Assembly (NCBI GenBank): GCA_963663235.2
Contig: CAXXNO010000008.1
Span: forward strand, 160,001 to 224,000
Direction of reading: 5' to 3'
Length of the DNA: 64,000 bases
Source of the DNA: Dehalococcoidia bacterium
Lineage (GTDB): Bacteria > Chloroflexota > Dehalococcoidia > Bin125
This document shows, piece after piece, positions 40,436-51,756 of the stretch (the first letter of the stretch is position 1; each line of letters opens with the position of its first letter). Position numbers and translations under genes: made by a program. A model generated the notes under the pieces. The model ran no database searches, had not been told where the DNA came from, and saw only the letters and a program-made list of their open reading frames with translations.

Positions 40436-41557
40436 TGTGGTGTCTCAGAAGTCGATCGGCATTGCCTAAATGCTTTGATCGCCGGAGCCTCCAGGCGGAG
40501 GCACGGCGATGTGGATCTATTGGCGGCTCTTTCTGATCGCGTTGCGCCTGACGGGGCGCCGACGCCAAGACTTTGTCCTAGAGAACCTGGTGCTGCGGCA
40601 ACAGCTGGCGGTCTGGGAGCGCACGGGGCGGCGCCCGACGTTGGCGGCCGCGGATCGGCGCTTCTGGTCCGTGACCGCGCGGCACTGGCGGGGGTGGCGT
40701 CGGCATGTCCAGCTGGTGCAGCCCGCCACCGTGGTCGGTTGGCACCGGACGGCGTGGCGGCGCTACTGGGGTTGGAAGAGCCGCGGACGACCTAGGGGTC
40801 GTCCGCGCATCGATCCCATCATCCGCTGCCTGATCGTCCGGATCGGGGCGGAGAATCCGACCTGGGGCGTGCGGCGCATCGCGGCCGAGCTGGCGGTGCT
40901 GGGCCATCCGGTCAGCGCGGCAACGGTGCAGCGGTATCGCGGGGACCGCCCTCCCTCGCCCAGTTGGCGGACCTTTCTGCGCCTGCACGCGTCCGAGATT
41001 TGGGCGGCCGACTTTTTCACCGTGCAGACGCTTACCTTGCGGACGTTCTACGTCTTCTTCGTGATCAGTCACGACCGCCGCCGGATCCTGCATGGGAACG
41101 TGACCGCGCACCCCACGGCGCCCTGGGTCTGGCGGCAGATCATCGCCGCCACCCCGTGGAACACGGCGCCTCGCTTCCTGATCCGCGACCGGGATCGCAA
41201 CGACGGCGGTCACTTCGTGCCGAAGGCGGCGGCCCTGGGGATCGAAACGATCTTGACCCCCGTGCGAGCCCCCAAAGCCAACGCGATCGCGGAGCGGGTG
41301 ATTGGCACGATCCGGCGAGAGTGTCTGGACCATCTCATCGTGCTCACGGAACGGCATCTCCGGCGGGTGCTCCGCGAGTACGTCGCCTACGACAACGACA
41401 CGCGTCCCCACCAGTCTCTGGGCGACCAGCCGCCATCCGGTCCGCGGACGCCGACGCTCCGTGGTGGGGCGCAGCGCCTAGCGAGCCGGCCGATTCTGGG
41501 CGGCTTACACCATGAGTACTTCTGGGATGCAGCGTGATGAGGTTTTGAAACACCACA
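40436..41557 (+). mobile_element. TGT...ACA rve IS, copy h, chimeric; open ORF 40509-41537
   Basis: Left end TGTGGTGTCTCAGAAG and 5' half diverged from copy a; from 41001 onward it matches copy a. Confidence 0.9.
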
Positions 41558-41844
41558 GGTCTTGCCTGATTGAGCATCAACCTTGTGATTGTGGTCACAA
41601 CCATCCCGGACGAGGGGGGCACAGACACGCGTCCCGGACTCTGCAGTCGGTCTCAGGATGATCTAGACTCCCTCGAGTCGTACCGCAGGAGTTCGGGACG
41701 CTCCAGCGCATCCGATTATCGATGGGGGGCTACCTACTCGCAGATATCAGTACTCGCTTTTCCACTGTGATCGCTCGTGGCTGGCTTGCACTCGGTTGAG
41801 GCGACACAGAAATTAACCGGAGACGCTTCGGAAAGAGGGGAACT

Positions 41845-42249
41845 TTGAAGAAAACGTATTCGTCACCGGAGGGCCACTGGATCACTCCGATCAAGATCAA
41901 TCACTCGCACGGCATCAGGGCGGGGAACATGATCTTCGTGGGAGGGCAAGTCGATTTCGACGATAAGGGAAATCTGCAGCATCCGGGTGACATCGTGACC
42001 CAGACTCGCGCGGCGATGGATAACCTGAAGCGGATAGTGGAAGATCTGGGCGCCACGATGGATGACGTGGTGCAGATCAACACCTTCTATGCCGGAGAAG
42101 CCACCGAGGAGGACTGGGTACGCTGCGCCGAGATCCGGTTCGGCTACTTCAAAGCCCCCGGCCCAACGGCTACCGGCATACACGTGGGGAAACAACTGAA
42201 CCTCCCTGGTCTCATGGTGGAGGTCAATGCCATCGCGGTCGTTGATTAG
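41845..42249 (+). CDS. RidA family protein (copy 2)
   Basis: Same translation as 8990-9394. Confidence 0.85.
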   Translation: MKKTYSSPEGHWITPIKINHSHGIRAGNMIFVGGQVDFDDKGNLQHPGDIVTQTRAAMDNLKRIVEDLGATMDDVVQINTFYAGEATEEDWVRCAEIRFGYFKAPGPTATGIHVGKQLNLPGLMVEVNAIAVVD

Positions 42250-42347
42250 TGGCTATGCTTCCACGGGCGTGGATGCAGTCGCATTCGCTTGAGCGATCTT
42301 TTTTCCACGGCGTTGCCGAGAACATTGAGGAATCGAGAGGGTGACTC

Positions 42348-43568
42348 ATGACACGCAGGAAGCCTATATGGTTGGCAACCGGAATCCTCGTGGCGTTTGG
42401 ACTTCTCGGCGTTGCGGCGGCGTGTGGGGACGACGAGGACGAAGCGGAACAAGCCGTCGCGCATGCAGTACCCGAGGCTGTGGACTCCAGAGCGCAGCTG
42501 GTCGCGCAGTTCCCGGCAGACGTTCAGCCCCTACTCGCGGATATTCCGGAACGCGTCATCGCGGCTCTCTGGGACGTGCGGCAGCAAGTACCGGGCACCG
42601 TGGTGTTCCGGATGTCGGCTGGTGAACTGGAAGATGCCCAAAACCGAGCGTACCGCGAGGAGTGGGGCAGAATTACGGGCTGGGAGGTTCTTCAGGCGGG
42701 CGATTTTCCGACTCTCGCCGACGTGAAGCTCCAGGCAGAGTCGGGCAACCCAGAGTGGGATATCGTCGAATTAGGTCTCGCGAATGCCGATTTGGCAGCG
42801 GACGAGGGTCTGCTTGAGAAGCTAGACCTCAGCCTTCTCCAGCACGCGACCGACCAGTACCCCGAAGGCTATACGTATACCGACAACTGGATCACCTATA
42901 CCCAGTCCATGGTGGTCCTTGTGTTCAGGACCGATGTCTACCCGCTTGACGGCCCGCATCCTGAGATGGTCACGGACCTCTTCAACACCGCGGACTTTCC
43001 CGGTAAGCGGTGCATCTTTGGCTTTCCGCAGTACGCAGGCACGCTCGAATATGCGCTCGTTGCCGACGGGGTAGCAGTCGACGAACTGTACCCTCTGGAT
43101 GTCGACCGCGCCCTGGCGAAGTTGGACACTGTCAAGGACGATGTCGTGTGGTGGGGGACCGGTGGCGAAGCGATCCAGTTCATCATCGACGGTCAGTGCG
43201 ACATGGGGGTCGTCTGGCACGGGCGGCCGGCAATTCGGGTCCGAGACGAGCCAGACCTTCCGATCGCCGCAGTGTGGGATGGCGCCATGCTGGCCCCCGG
43301 CGCCCTGATGATTCTCAAGGACGCGCCTCACTACGACGCTGCGATGTCACTCCTCGCTTACTCGCTCACTCCGCAGAACCAGTGCGACCTGCTGAATGAC
43401 ATTGGCTATGGTGTGCCGTTGGACGAGTCGTGCCTGAGCGATTTTGGGGTGGAGTGGAGCGTTACGGCAGAACACGTCGCGCAGAGCGCCAGTGACGAAG
43501 ATGCTGCCTACTATGGAGCGAATATCGACCAGCTCATCGAGAAGTTTAATGCTTGGTTGACCGGCTAG
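42348..43568 (+). CDS. ABC substrate-binding lipoprotein (copy 2)
   Basis: Same translation as 9493-10713. Confidence 0.85.
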   Translation: MTRRKPIWLATGILVAFGLLGVAAACGDDEDEAEQAVAHAVPEAVDSRAQLVAQFPADVQPLLADIPERVIAALWDVRQQVPGTVVFRMSAGELEDAQNRAYREEWGRITGWEVLQAGDFPTLADVKLQAESGNPEWDIVELGLANADLAADEGLLEKLDLSLLQHATDQYPEGYTYTDNWITYTQSMVVLVFRTDVYPLDGPHPEMVTDLFNTADFPGKRCIFGFPQYAGTLEYALVADGVAVDELYPLDVDRALAKLDTVKDDVVWWGTGGEAIQFIIDGQCDMGVVWHGRPAIRVRDEPDLPIAAVWDGAMLAPGALMILKDAPHYDAAMSLLAYSLTPQNQCDLLNDIGYGVPLDESCLSDFGVEWSVTAEHVAQSASDEDAAYYGANIDQLIEKFNAWLTG

Positions 43569-43802
43569 TGAGAGTGGAAGGTCCGATTTTGCGTGGTCAT
43601 CCCACTGCTGAGGGACGGATCTCTAGGTGAGAGTTGTATGACGGGGCAGGGAACAACAGGAGCCTCCGTGTCGGTGTTAAGGCGGAAGTAGCGGGCCGAG
43701 AGACGTTGCTGGACGGAGTAGATGTGTGCCTCACACCTAATGGCGACCGCTACATGATGGGGCAGTCGCGCTTCGCCTCGGCGAAGTGATTTCGAGCTTC
43801 AC

Positions 43803-44840
43803 ATGATGGGCGCCCCATTCGCTCTGAGTGTCATCAGCGACGGACGCCCAGCGCCCGGAGATCGGAACTACCAGCGACGCTTTGAGGAACTCCTGGAGGA
43901 AGCGCGCGTCGCCGATAGGCTCGGATTCCGCGGGTTTTGGACCTGCGAGCAGCATTACGCGGCCGACGATGGGCATCTGGGTGCACAGTTCGCAGCCTTG
44001 GCCGGCTTGGCGACAAGCACGTCACGGCTGCGGCTCATGACGAATACTCTGCTGTTGCCGTTGTACCAGTGGAGGCAAGTCGTTGAGCAGGCTGTCGTGG
44101 TCGATCTCCTGTCCGGCGGCCGGCTGGAGATCGGGGTCGCGGGGGGTGGCAACGAGCGCGACTTCGATATGTTCGGTGTCGACTTCCACCGGCGCGGAGA
44201 GCTCATGGAACGGGGCATTCCGTTCATACGCCAAGGACTGGTGGCGGGCGAACTCGCCGACGGGCCGGGCGGTACCCTGTTGCCAATGACCCCCCGCCCA
44301 GTGCAAGAGCGTGTCCCAATCCTCGTCGGTGGCCTCTCTCCTCCTGCTGTAGACCGCGCGGTGCGGTTGGGCGATGGGCATCTCGCTTATGACTACGAAC
44401 GGTTCGAGGAGAATCTGCCGAAGTTCTGGGACAGTCAACTGCGGCCGGCGATGGACCGGCACGGTCGGTCCCTCGCAGATTTTCGATTCACGGCCACGGC
44501 GCCGTTCTGGGTGTCGGAAGATCCGGAGCGTGATTGGGAGATCCTCTACAAACCCGCCTACGCATTCCACATGGGCCAGTACCTGAAGCGCTACCGCTTC
44601 CGCACAGCGCAAGACGGCCAACAATATGTGCCGCCTGGTGTAGCCACCGACTTCCGGCGAGAAGATGTGCTCGTCGACACACCAGAGAACATCGCGCACC
44701 GCCTCCTGGCTACGTGGCGAAAAGCGCCTTGGCACGAGTTCAGCTTTTTCTGCCGACTTCCCGGTATCCCACATGAACGAACGCTGGAGCATCTTGAATT
44801 TGTAGCCCATCGACTAGTTCCGCTGCTTACCGCTGGCTGA
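43803..44840 (+). CDS. LLM-class oxidoreductase (copy 2)
   Basis: Same translation as 10948-11985. Confidence 0.88.
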   Translation: MMGAPFALSVISDGRPAPGDRNYQRRFEELLEEARVADRLGFRGFWTCEQHYAADDGHLGAQFAALAGLATSTSRLRLMTNTLLLPLYQWRQVVEQAVVVDLLSGGRLEIGVAGGGNERDFDMFGVDFHRRGELMERGIPFIRQGLVAGELADGPGGTLLPMTPRPVQERVPILVGGLSPPAVDRAVRLGDGHLAYDYERFEENLPKFWDSQLRPAMDRHGRSLADFRFTATAPFWVSEDPERDWEILYKPAYAFHMGQYLKRYRFRTAQDGQQYVPPGVATDFRREDVLVDTPENIAHRLLATWRKAPWHEFSFFCRLPGIPHERTLEHLEFVAHRLVPLLTAG

Positions 44841-45078
44841 CGTCGGCGAGACTGAGCGGGATTTCGGAGAGGCAAGGGGGTCCCTGTCGGCCGATCTTGC
44901 TGAGGGTGATCACCGGCGAACGCCTGATCTACAGGAGTCGGGATGGTGGGTTGGTGGTCCGGCCCTCATTCGACCGGAGGCGGTGTAGCGTGGACAGGAC
45001 GCGTGCTGGGCAGGGAGGGCGCCGGCGCGGGCTCCACGAGATGCGCCGCGTCGATCCCCCCACCTCGGTGACCGCTGC

Positions 45079-46206
45079 ATGAGTCGATCGGCAAGCGCAG
45101 AGGGCGCCGCCGAAGTGCGCCTCGAGGGGATTCAGCACCGCTTTGGCGAAGTCTGGGCCGTCCGCGGGATCTCCCTGACAGTTAAGCCTGGAGAGTTCCT
45201 CACCCTCCTCGGTCCGAGCGGATCGGGGAAGACCACGCTGCTCCGCATCATCGGTGGGCTCCTCCGGCCTTCTGAAGGCCGCGTGTACGTCGCCGGTCAG
45301 GACATCACGGCCCACCCGCCTCAAAAGCGCAACATGGGCTTCGTGTTCCAGAACTATGCTCTCTTTCCCCACTTGTCGGTGTACGACAACGTGGCCTTTC
45401 CTCTGCAGATACGCAGAATGCGGCGCCAAAAAATACGCGATCGGGTGAACGAGGTCCTGACCCTGGTCCAGCTCACTGGTTTGGAGAACCGGTACCCGGC
45501 TCAGCTGAGTGGGGGTCAGCAGCAGCGCGTCTCGCTCGCTCGCGCGATCGTCTTCTATCCCAACGTCTTGCTCATGGACGAGCCGTTGGGATCCCTTGAT
45601 AAGCGCTTGCGTCAGCAGTTGCAGTTGGAGCTTCGGCACCTCCAACACGATCTTGGCATCACGGCCATTTACGTCACACACGATCAAGAAGAAGCATTTG
45701 CCATGTCTGATCGGATTGCGGTCGTGCACGAGGGAGAACTTCGCCAGCTCGATCAGCCGTCGCAGGTCTACCGGAAGCCAGGTGACTCCTTCATCGCTGA
45801 CTTTGTCGGCGACCTGAACCGCTTTGAGGGAGAGCTCGTCCAGAGCAACGGTCCGACGGGTGTGTTGAGGACGTCGGACGGGATGGAGATCCTGATCAGC
45901 CTGCATGGCGTCGCGCAGGGAAGTCGACAGTTCGTCTGCGGCATCCGACCCGAGCGCGTGGAGGTCGGCGAAAACGCCGTGGGAGATAATCGCTACCGCG
46001 GAGTAGTCCGCGCTCTGACCTTTCAAGGTACCCACTACCGTTGTGAACTCGAGCTCCCGAACGGGAGGAGGGTATCCGCTTCAATCTACCGAGAAGATCC
46101 TGGAGTGCGGGAGGGGGAGGAAGTCTGGTTGGGATGGAACGCCGAGGAGGCACTGGTATTTGGCGGAGACTTCAACTCGAATGAGTCCGGCTTCAATGAG
46201 CGCTGA
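45079..46206 (+). CDS. ABC ATPase PotA-like (copy 2)
   Basis: Same translation as 12224-13351. Confidence 0.93.
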   Translation: MSRSASAEGAAEVRLEGIQHRFGEVWAVRGISLTVKPGEFLTLLGPSGSGKTTLLRIIGGLLRPSEGRVYVAGQDITAHPPQKRNMGFVFQNYALFPHLSVYDNVAFPLQIRRMRRQKIRDRVNEVLTLVQLTGLENRYPAQLSGGQQQRVSLARAIVFYPNVLLMDEPLGSLDKRLRQQLQLELRHLQHDLGITAIYVTHDQEEAFAMSDRIAVVHEGELRQLDQPSQVYRKPGDSFIADFVGDLNRFEGELVQSNGPTGVLRTSDGMEILISLHGVAQGSRQFVCGIRPERVEVGENAVGDNRYRGVVRALTFQGTHYRCELELPNGRRVSASIYREDPGVREGEEVWLGWNAEEALVFGGDFNSNESGFNER

Positions 46207-46239
46207 AGGCTGTGAGCCGACGAGGAGCGCGGAACAGTA

Positions 46240-47124
46240 ATGCAGAGAGCGCTCACGCTCCAGAAGACGATCGTGCAGCCTCGTACGCGCAACGCACTTC
46301 TGGCAGCGTGTCTCCTGGGTCCCACGCTTGTCTTGCTCGGCGTTCTGTTCGTCTACCCTCTTGTCGACGGTGTGTTGATACGAAGTTTTTCTGATCCTGA
46401 GGTGGGGTTTCAGAACTATACGCGTCTCTACAGTTCTGTAGCATTCCGGAACATCCTGCGACTCACGTTCGAGATAGCGTTGTACACGACGCTGGTGTGC
46501 CTACTTCTTGCGTATCCATTCGCTTATTTTCTAACGACACTGCCGAAGCGGCGTGCACAATTCTTTTTGGCGCTCAGCCTCGTTCCATTCTGGACCGCGA
46601 TCCTCGCCCGCCTTTATGCCTGGACAGCGATATTAGGGCGCCGCGGTATCATCAACGATTGGTTGATAGAGGCCAACCTTATCGATGAGCCGATCGATCT
46701 TCTGTTCAACCGTACCGCGGTGATCATCGGCATGGTCCACATTCTGCTTCCATTCATGATCATCATTCTCTATTCCACCATGATCGCGATCGACCGCGAG
46801 CTGCAAGATGCTGCAAGAAGCCTTGGAGCCAGCGGCTTTCAGACCTTTCGGCGTGTGTTCCTCCCACTCTCGATGCCTGGCGTCTACGCGGGTGTCCTCC
46901 TGGTCTTCATCATCTCGCTTGGATTTTTCATCACACCGGCTGTGCTGGGTGGCGGGGGCGACATCACTATCGCCATTTTCGTCCAACAGCAGGTGAGCAT
47001 CTTGAATTGGGGCGTGGCTAGCGCCATGAGCATGGTGCTGCTCGTGGTTACAATCATTCTCTTCTTCGTATTCAACCGATTGTTCGGCGCCGAGCGGATG
47101 GTAGCGGGAGCCTTGCGCGGATGA
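46240..47124 (+). CDS. ABC permease PotB-like (copy 2)
   Basis: Same translation as 13385-14269. Confidence 0.9.
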   Translation: MQRALTLQKTIVQPRTRNALLAACLLGPTLVLLGVLFVYPLVDGVLIRSFSDPEVGFQNYTRLYSSVAFRNILRLTFEIALYTTLVCLLLAYPFAYFLTTLPKRRAQFFLALSLVPFWTAILARLYAWTAILGRRGIINDWLIEANLIDEPIDLLFNRTAVIIGMVHILLPFMIIILYSTMIAIDRELQDAARSLGASGFQTFRRVFLPLSMPGVYAGVLLVFIISLGFFITPAVLGGGGDITIAIFVQQQVSILNWGVASAMSMVLLVVTIILFFVFNRLFGAERMVAGALRG

Positions 47125-47948
47125 CCGTGGTGCGCAGAGTCAGCCCTATGAGAGTCGTTCTCTACATCGTCTTCGTGGGCGTGCTCATCTTCTTGTTCCT
47201 GCCGCTTATCGTGGTGATTCCCATTTCGTTCAACCCCGGAACAGTATTGCGGTTCCCTCCCGATGGCATCTCGTTGCGCTGGTACAACGACTTCTTTGGC
47301 GATCAGCGCTGGCTCGACGCTGCGTGGCTGAGCCTGCGCCTTGGCATCACCGTAGCCATTCTTGCAACCGTGTTAGCGCTCGGAGCCGCCGTCGCCCTGA
47401 CGCGCTTCGTGACCGTGGGGAAGCCGCTGCTGCGGGCATTGATCCTGTCACCCCTCATCGTCCCCCTCATCGTCACGTCCATCGCCGTCTTCGAAGTCTT
47501 CAATGAACTCGGTCTCCTGCGATCTTTCTGGGGGCTCGTTCTTGCTCACACGATTTTGGCTCTGCCATTTGGCGTGATCATTATCGAGAGCGCATTGAGG
47601 AATTTCGACGTCACGCTGGAAGAGGCGGCTATGAGTCTCGGGGCGTCGCGCCTGGTCGCGTTCCGCAGGATCACCGTGCCGTTGATCGCGCCAGGTCTGT
47701 TCGGCGCAGCGGTCATCGCCTTCATTACTTCATGGGACGAAGTGGTTATGGTTCTGTTCGTCGGCGGTGCCAGGAACCAGACTCTCCCGGTCAGAATGTT
47801 TCAGTTCCTCGAGACGCAGATTCGTCCGACGATTGCGGCGATTTCGACGCTCTTGATTGTCGCGTTGCTGATAGCCCTTGTTCTCCGTCAACTCTTAATC
47901 CTTCGCCAGCGGCGCCGGATGGGTTCTGTCAGATCTCAGGGCTCGTAA
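47121..47948 (+). CDS. ABC permease PotC-like (copy 2)
   Basis: Same translation as 14266-15093. Confidence 0.9.
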   Translation: MTVVRRVSPMRVVLYIVFVGVLIFLFLPLIVVIPISFNPGTVLRFPPDGISLRWYNDFFGDQRWLDAAWLSLRLGITVAILATVLALGAAVALTRFVTVGKPLLRALILSPLIVPLIVTSIAVFEVFNELGLLRSFWGLVLAHTILALPFGVIIIESALRNFDVTLEEAAMSLGASRLVAFRRITVPLIAPGLFGAAVIAFITSWDEVVMVLFVGGARNQTLPVRMFQFLETQIRPTIAAISTLLIVALLIALVLRQLLILRQRRRMGSVRSQGS

Positions 47949-47974
47949 CTGTAGCGGAGCCTCGCCCCCGACTC

Positions 47975-48127
<153 letters not shown>

Positions 48128-49252
48128 TGTGGTGTTTCAAAACCCTATCGGCCTTGTGTGAGTCGCGTCCGCCAGAGAGTCTTCGCGCGGAGGGACGGCG
48201 ATGTGGCTCTATTGGCGACTGTTTCTGGTCGGGCTGGGAATGCTCGGCCGGCGGCGACGGGATCTGATCCTCGAGAACCTAATTCTGCGCCAGCAGCTGG
48301 CGGTGTGGGAACGGTCCGGACGTCGACCGCGGCTCCAGACGCGCGACCGCCGGTTCTGGTCCGTCACGGCGCGGAACTGGGCCGGCTGGCGTGCGCATCT
48401 GCAGCTCGTTCAACCGGCGACCGTCATCGGGTGGCATCGGTTTGTCTGGCGCCGATACTGGCGCTGGAAGAGCCGGGGCGGTCAGCCCGGCCGGGTGCGG
48501 ATCGATCTGGAGACGCGCCGCCTGATTGACCGGCTGGCAGCGGAGAATCCCACGTGGGGCGTGCGCCGCATCGCAGCCGAGTTAGCTGTGCTGGGGCACC
48601 CCGTGAGTCCCACAACGGTCTATCGTTATCGCCGAATCAGGCCGGCGCCGTCGCCCACCTGGCGGACCTTTCTGCGCCTGCATGCCCCCGAAATCTGGGC
48701 GGCCGACTTTTTCACCGTGCAGACGCTTACCTTGCGGACGTTCTACGTCTTCTTCGTGATCAGTCACGACCGCCGCCGGATCCTGCATGGGAACGTGACC
48801 GCGCACCCCACGGCGCCCTGGGTCTGGCGGCAGATCATCGCCGCCACCCCGTGGAACACGGCGCCTCGCTTCCTGATCCGCGACCGGGATCGCAACGACG
48901 GCGGTCACTTCGTGCCGAAGGCGGCGGCCCTGGGGATCGAAACGATCTTGACCCCCGTGCGAGCCCCCAAAGCCAACGCGATCGCGGAGCGGGTGATTGG
49001 CACGATCCGGCGAGAGTGTCTGGACCATCTCATCGTGCTCACGGAACGGCATCTCCGGCGGGTGCTCCGCGAGTACGTCGCCTACGACAACGACACGCGT
49101 CCCCACCAGTCTCTGGGCGACCAGCCGCCATCCGGTCCGCGGACGCCGACGCTCCGTGGTGGGGCGCAGCGCCTAGCGAGCCGGCCGATTCTGGGCGGCT
49201 TACACCATGAGTACTTCTGGGATGCAGCGTGATGAGGTTTTGAAACACCACA
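48128..49252 (+). mobile_element. TGT...ACA rve IS, copy i; open ORF 48201-49232 (343 aa)
   Basis: 1125 bp with the same 17 bp IRs as copy a. Confidence 0.92.
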
Positions 49253-49726
49253 GGGTGCTCCTCGACTCCATGCGCAGCGAGCACCGGGACAAGCACGCCG
49301 CCCGGCGCTTCCTGCGGCGCCTGGTCGAGGTGGCCGAGCGCAAGCCAGAGCGCGTCACGACGGACAAGCCTCCGCCGTACCGCAGAGCGATCCGCTGGAT
49401 CCTGGGACGGAAGGTCGTGCACCGGACGAATCCATACCGCAACAATCCCACGGAACAGGACCACCGCGCGGTGCAGCAGCGCTATTATCCGATGCTCGGT
49501 TTCGGGAGCTTCGCCTCAGCGGCACGCTTCTGCTCGGCGTTTGAGGAGCTCCGCCAGTACTTGCGCGCTCGCGGTCGCCGCGGCGAGGGCGTCCCCCTGG
49601 CCGAGCAGCGACGACGCTTCGTCGGGCGCTGGCATGCACTGATCGCCGAAATGGCGGCGGCGTAGACAGGGCAACAGTGAGGGGGCTTCACTGCGCGTCA
49701 TCCGTGCCCTGAGTTCTGACAGAACC
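49253..49726 (+). mobile_element. IS6-family 3' remnant
   Basis: LLDSM.SEHRDKHAARRFL...EQDHRAV.QRYYPMLGF; IR CCCTGAGTTCTGACAGAACC. Confidence 0.85.
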
Positions 49727-49816
49727 AATGGTGGCATCCCTACAGGGGGACCGCGCTCCAGTATGGGGCGTAACCCCGGCCTCTCGTTTGGCGTGGGAGC
49801 GAGGCGTGCCGACCGC

Positions 49817-50152
49817 TTAGGGCTCAGACCTGCCACGGATCGGGACTTCCCTGAACTCCCCGGGGCGGACCTCATTGAGGGCCGAGCGAATCTCATCGGT
49901 GTGCAGGCGCACGTATGGCCATGCCGTGGACAGCAGTACCACGATCGCCAACCGCCTTCCGGTGAGGTTCTGCTGGTAGCGCATGTTCTGATCGGTGGTG
50001 ACGAGGACGTCATAGCCCTCGTCCTCGGCCCTAGCAATCAAGTCTCCATTGCCCAACTCCGACCACCCTCGCTCCGCCACGGTGTCGACCGTGTGGTCGC
50101 CGAGATGCCGCCGAAGAGGCGCGGGCGTGCCCTGATCGAACAGGATCCTCAC
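49817..50152 (-). CDS. DUF5615/PIN-like toxin
   Basis: RILFDQG...GW..L.NGDLI..AE..GYDVLVTTDQN. Confidence 0.78.
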   Translation of the reverse strand: MRILFDQGTPAPLRRHLGDHTVDTVAERGWSELGNGDLIARAEDEGYDVLVTTDQNMRYQQNLTGRRLAIVVLLSTAWPYVRLHTDEIRSALNEVRPGEFREVPIRGRSEP

Positions 50153-50154
50153 GA

Positions 50155-50376
50155 CTAGGCGGGCGTTCGTAGGGCCTTGGCCTCGTGCTCGAGAACAGCG
50201 CGCACCTGCCACTCCTCGACGCCTGGGAACCAGTCCAGGAACTCTTCCACCGTGGCCCCGCTCGCCAGGTTCTCGAACAGGGCCGAGACCGGCACCCTCG
50301 TCCCTGTGAAGATGGAGGCGCCGCTGACCTTGCCGGGCACGCTCTCGACCGCGGGGCAGGTCTCCCAATCCGTCAT
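50155..50376 (-). CDS. DUF433 antitoxin-like protein
   Basis: PGKVSGA.IF.GTRVPV..LFENL..G.TVEEFL..FP. Confidence 0.85.
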   Translation of the reverse strand: MTDWETCPAVESVPGKVSGASIFTGTRVPVSALFENLASGATVEEFLDWFPGVEEWQVRAVLEHEAKALRTPA

Positions 50377-51032
50377 GCCGTCACCTCGCTCTCGGTTGAA
50401 GAGCACTCCGCAGGCTCCTCGGAAACGTCGTCGTCGTCACCAAGGGAGTTCCCCAGCGCAGCGTCCTCCAGACAATCGTCGTCTTCCTCGTCCGGCAGGC
50501 GCGACGCCGTCTCCCGCACGTCGAGCTTACCAGTCACCACGTCGGCGACGAGCCTCGTGCGGTACTCCCCCATCAGTTCGATCTGCTGGCGGGCGCGGGC
50601 GGTAGCCGCATCAATGTCGGCGGAGGTCTTATCAATGTGCCCGACGATGGCGAGCTGTTCGTCCATGGGTGGAAGGAGAATTGGGTAGTTCTTCACATCG
50701 TCAAGTGAGAGGCCGTCTTTTGTCCCGCCGTTAGTGTTAATCCGGCCGTGAGTTTGGCCGACCGTTGAGAGGAGCACGTATCCAAGCCATCGCGAAGACG
50801 ATCCTGGCCGTGGTTGGCAACGCGCTACGTGTTGGCTTACATAGGCTTCATCGAGTTCTTCGGGAGCGAGTCCTACTGAGCCGATGTAGGCAGTGACCGA
50901 AACCAACAAGTCACCCACTCGGATTCGCGTTCGAGTAACTTCTGATGTCTCCGGTAAGTCTAATCTTACGGTGTCGTCGAACCGTAGTTGCAGTGAACCA
51001 CGGTTGAGATTCGCGACGCGAATGAACACTCG
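50373..51032 (-). pseudogene. hsdS: Type I R-M specificity subunit, C-terminal half
   Basis: GDLLVS..IG, LPPMDEQLAIV..ID and EYRTRLVADVVTGKLDVR; 5' half absent. Confidence 0.82.
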
Positions 51033-51284
51033 TTGCGAAGCCTGATCGCCGGCTGCGACGGCGACCCGGCCGGGCCAGCGCCGGCGGATCCCCCGGCCGC
51101 CGAACCGCCCCCGGAGTCCATGCGGTGCCATCCCGCCTACGATCCCTGCCTGCCCTACCTGTCCGGCGACGCCCTCGACTGCGGTGATCTCACCCAAGCC
51201 CAAAAGCCGGTGCGCGTGCGCGTCATCGGTGTAGACCCCTACCGGCTCGACAGAGACCGCGACGGTCGCGGCTGCACGAGTTGA
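51033..51284 (+). pseudogene. C-terminal remnant of a secreted protein with Excalibur-like Ca-binding motif
   Basis: CHPAY.PCLP...LDC...DPYRLDRDRDGRGC. Confidence 0.6.
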
Positions 51285-51756
51285 GCCGCCGCGCCGGGAC
51301 GCTCCCCCGCTCGCGATGGAGGCCTACCGGAGACCGCCGCCGCTCTCCACTTGCGTCACCGCGTCCCAAGTCGCTCCAACTCGCCCCTTCAGACCTCCGA
51401 GGCTCTTCCAGCAAGGTGAGTCAGTTCCCGTTGCTTGTAGGGCACGATCCTTGAGGAGTGCTGGAAGCCGTCCGTCGCTCGCCACCTGATCCTGCAACAA
51501 CGGGGTTCGCCGCGACCCCTTGAACTATCTGGACCACTGCATCACCGCGGCGCCCACAACGGCCGGACGCTCGGCCGCACACCGGATGGCGTGATCGGCA
51601 AAGCCAACCTATGGTCGTGACGCATAGCCCGATGTGTCGGCAGACTCCCGTGTCAGGACAGGCTAGGGGTACAAGATTCCACCAAGTGAGCAAGAACAGC
51701 GCTGCGCGGACGCCATCCGTCATCACCTCAAGCAGACTACGGGGAGTGATTGGCGG

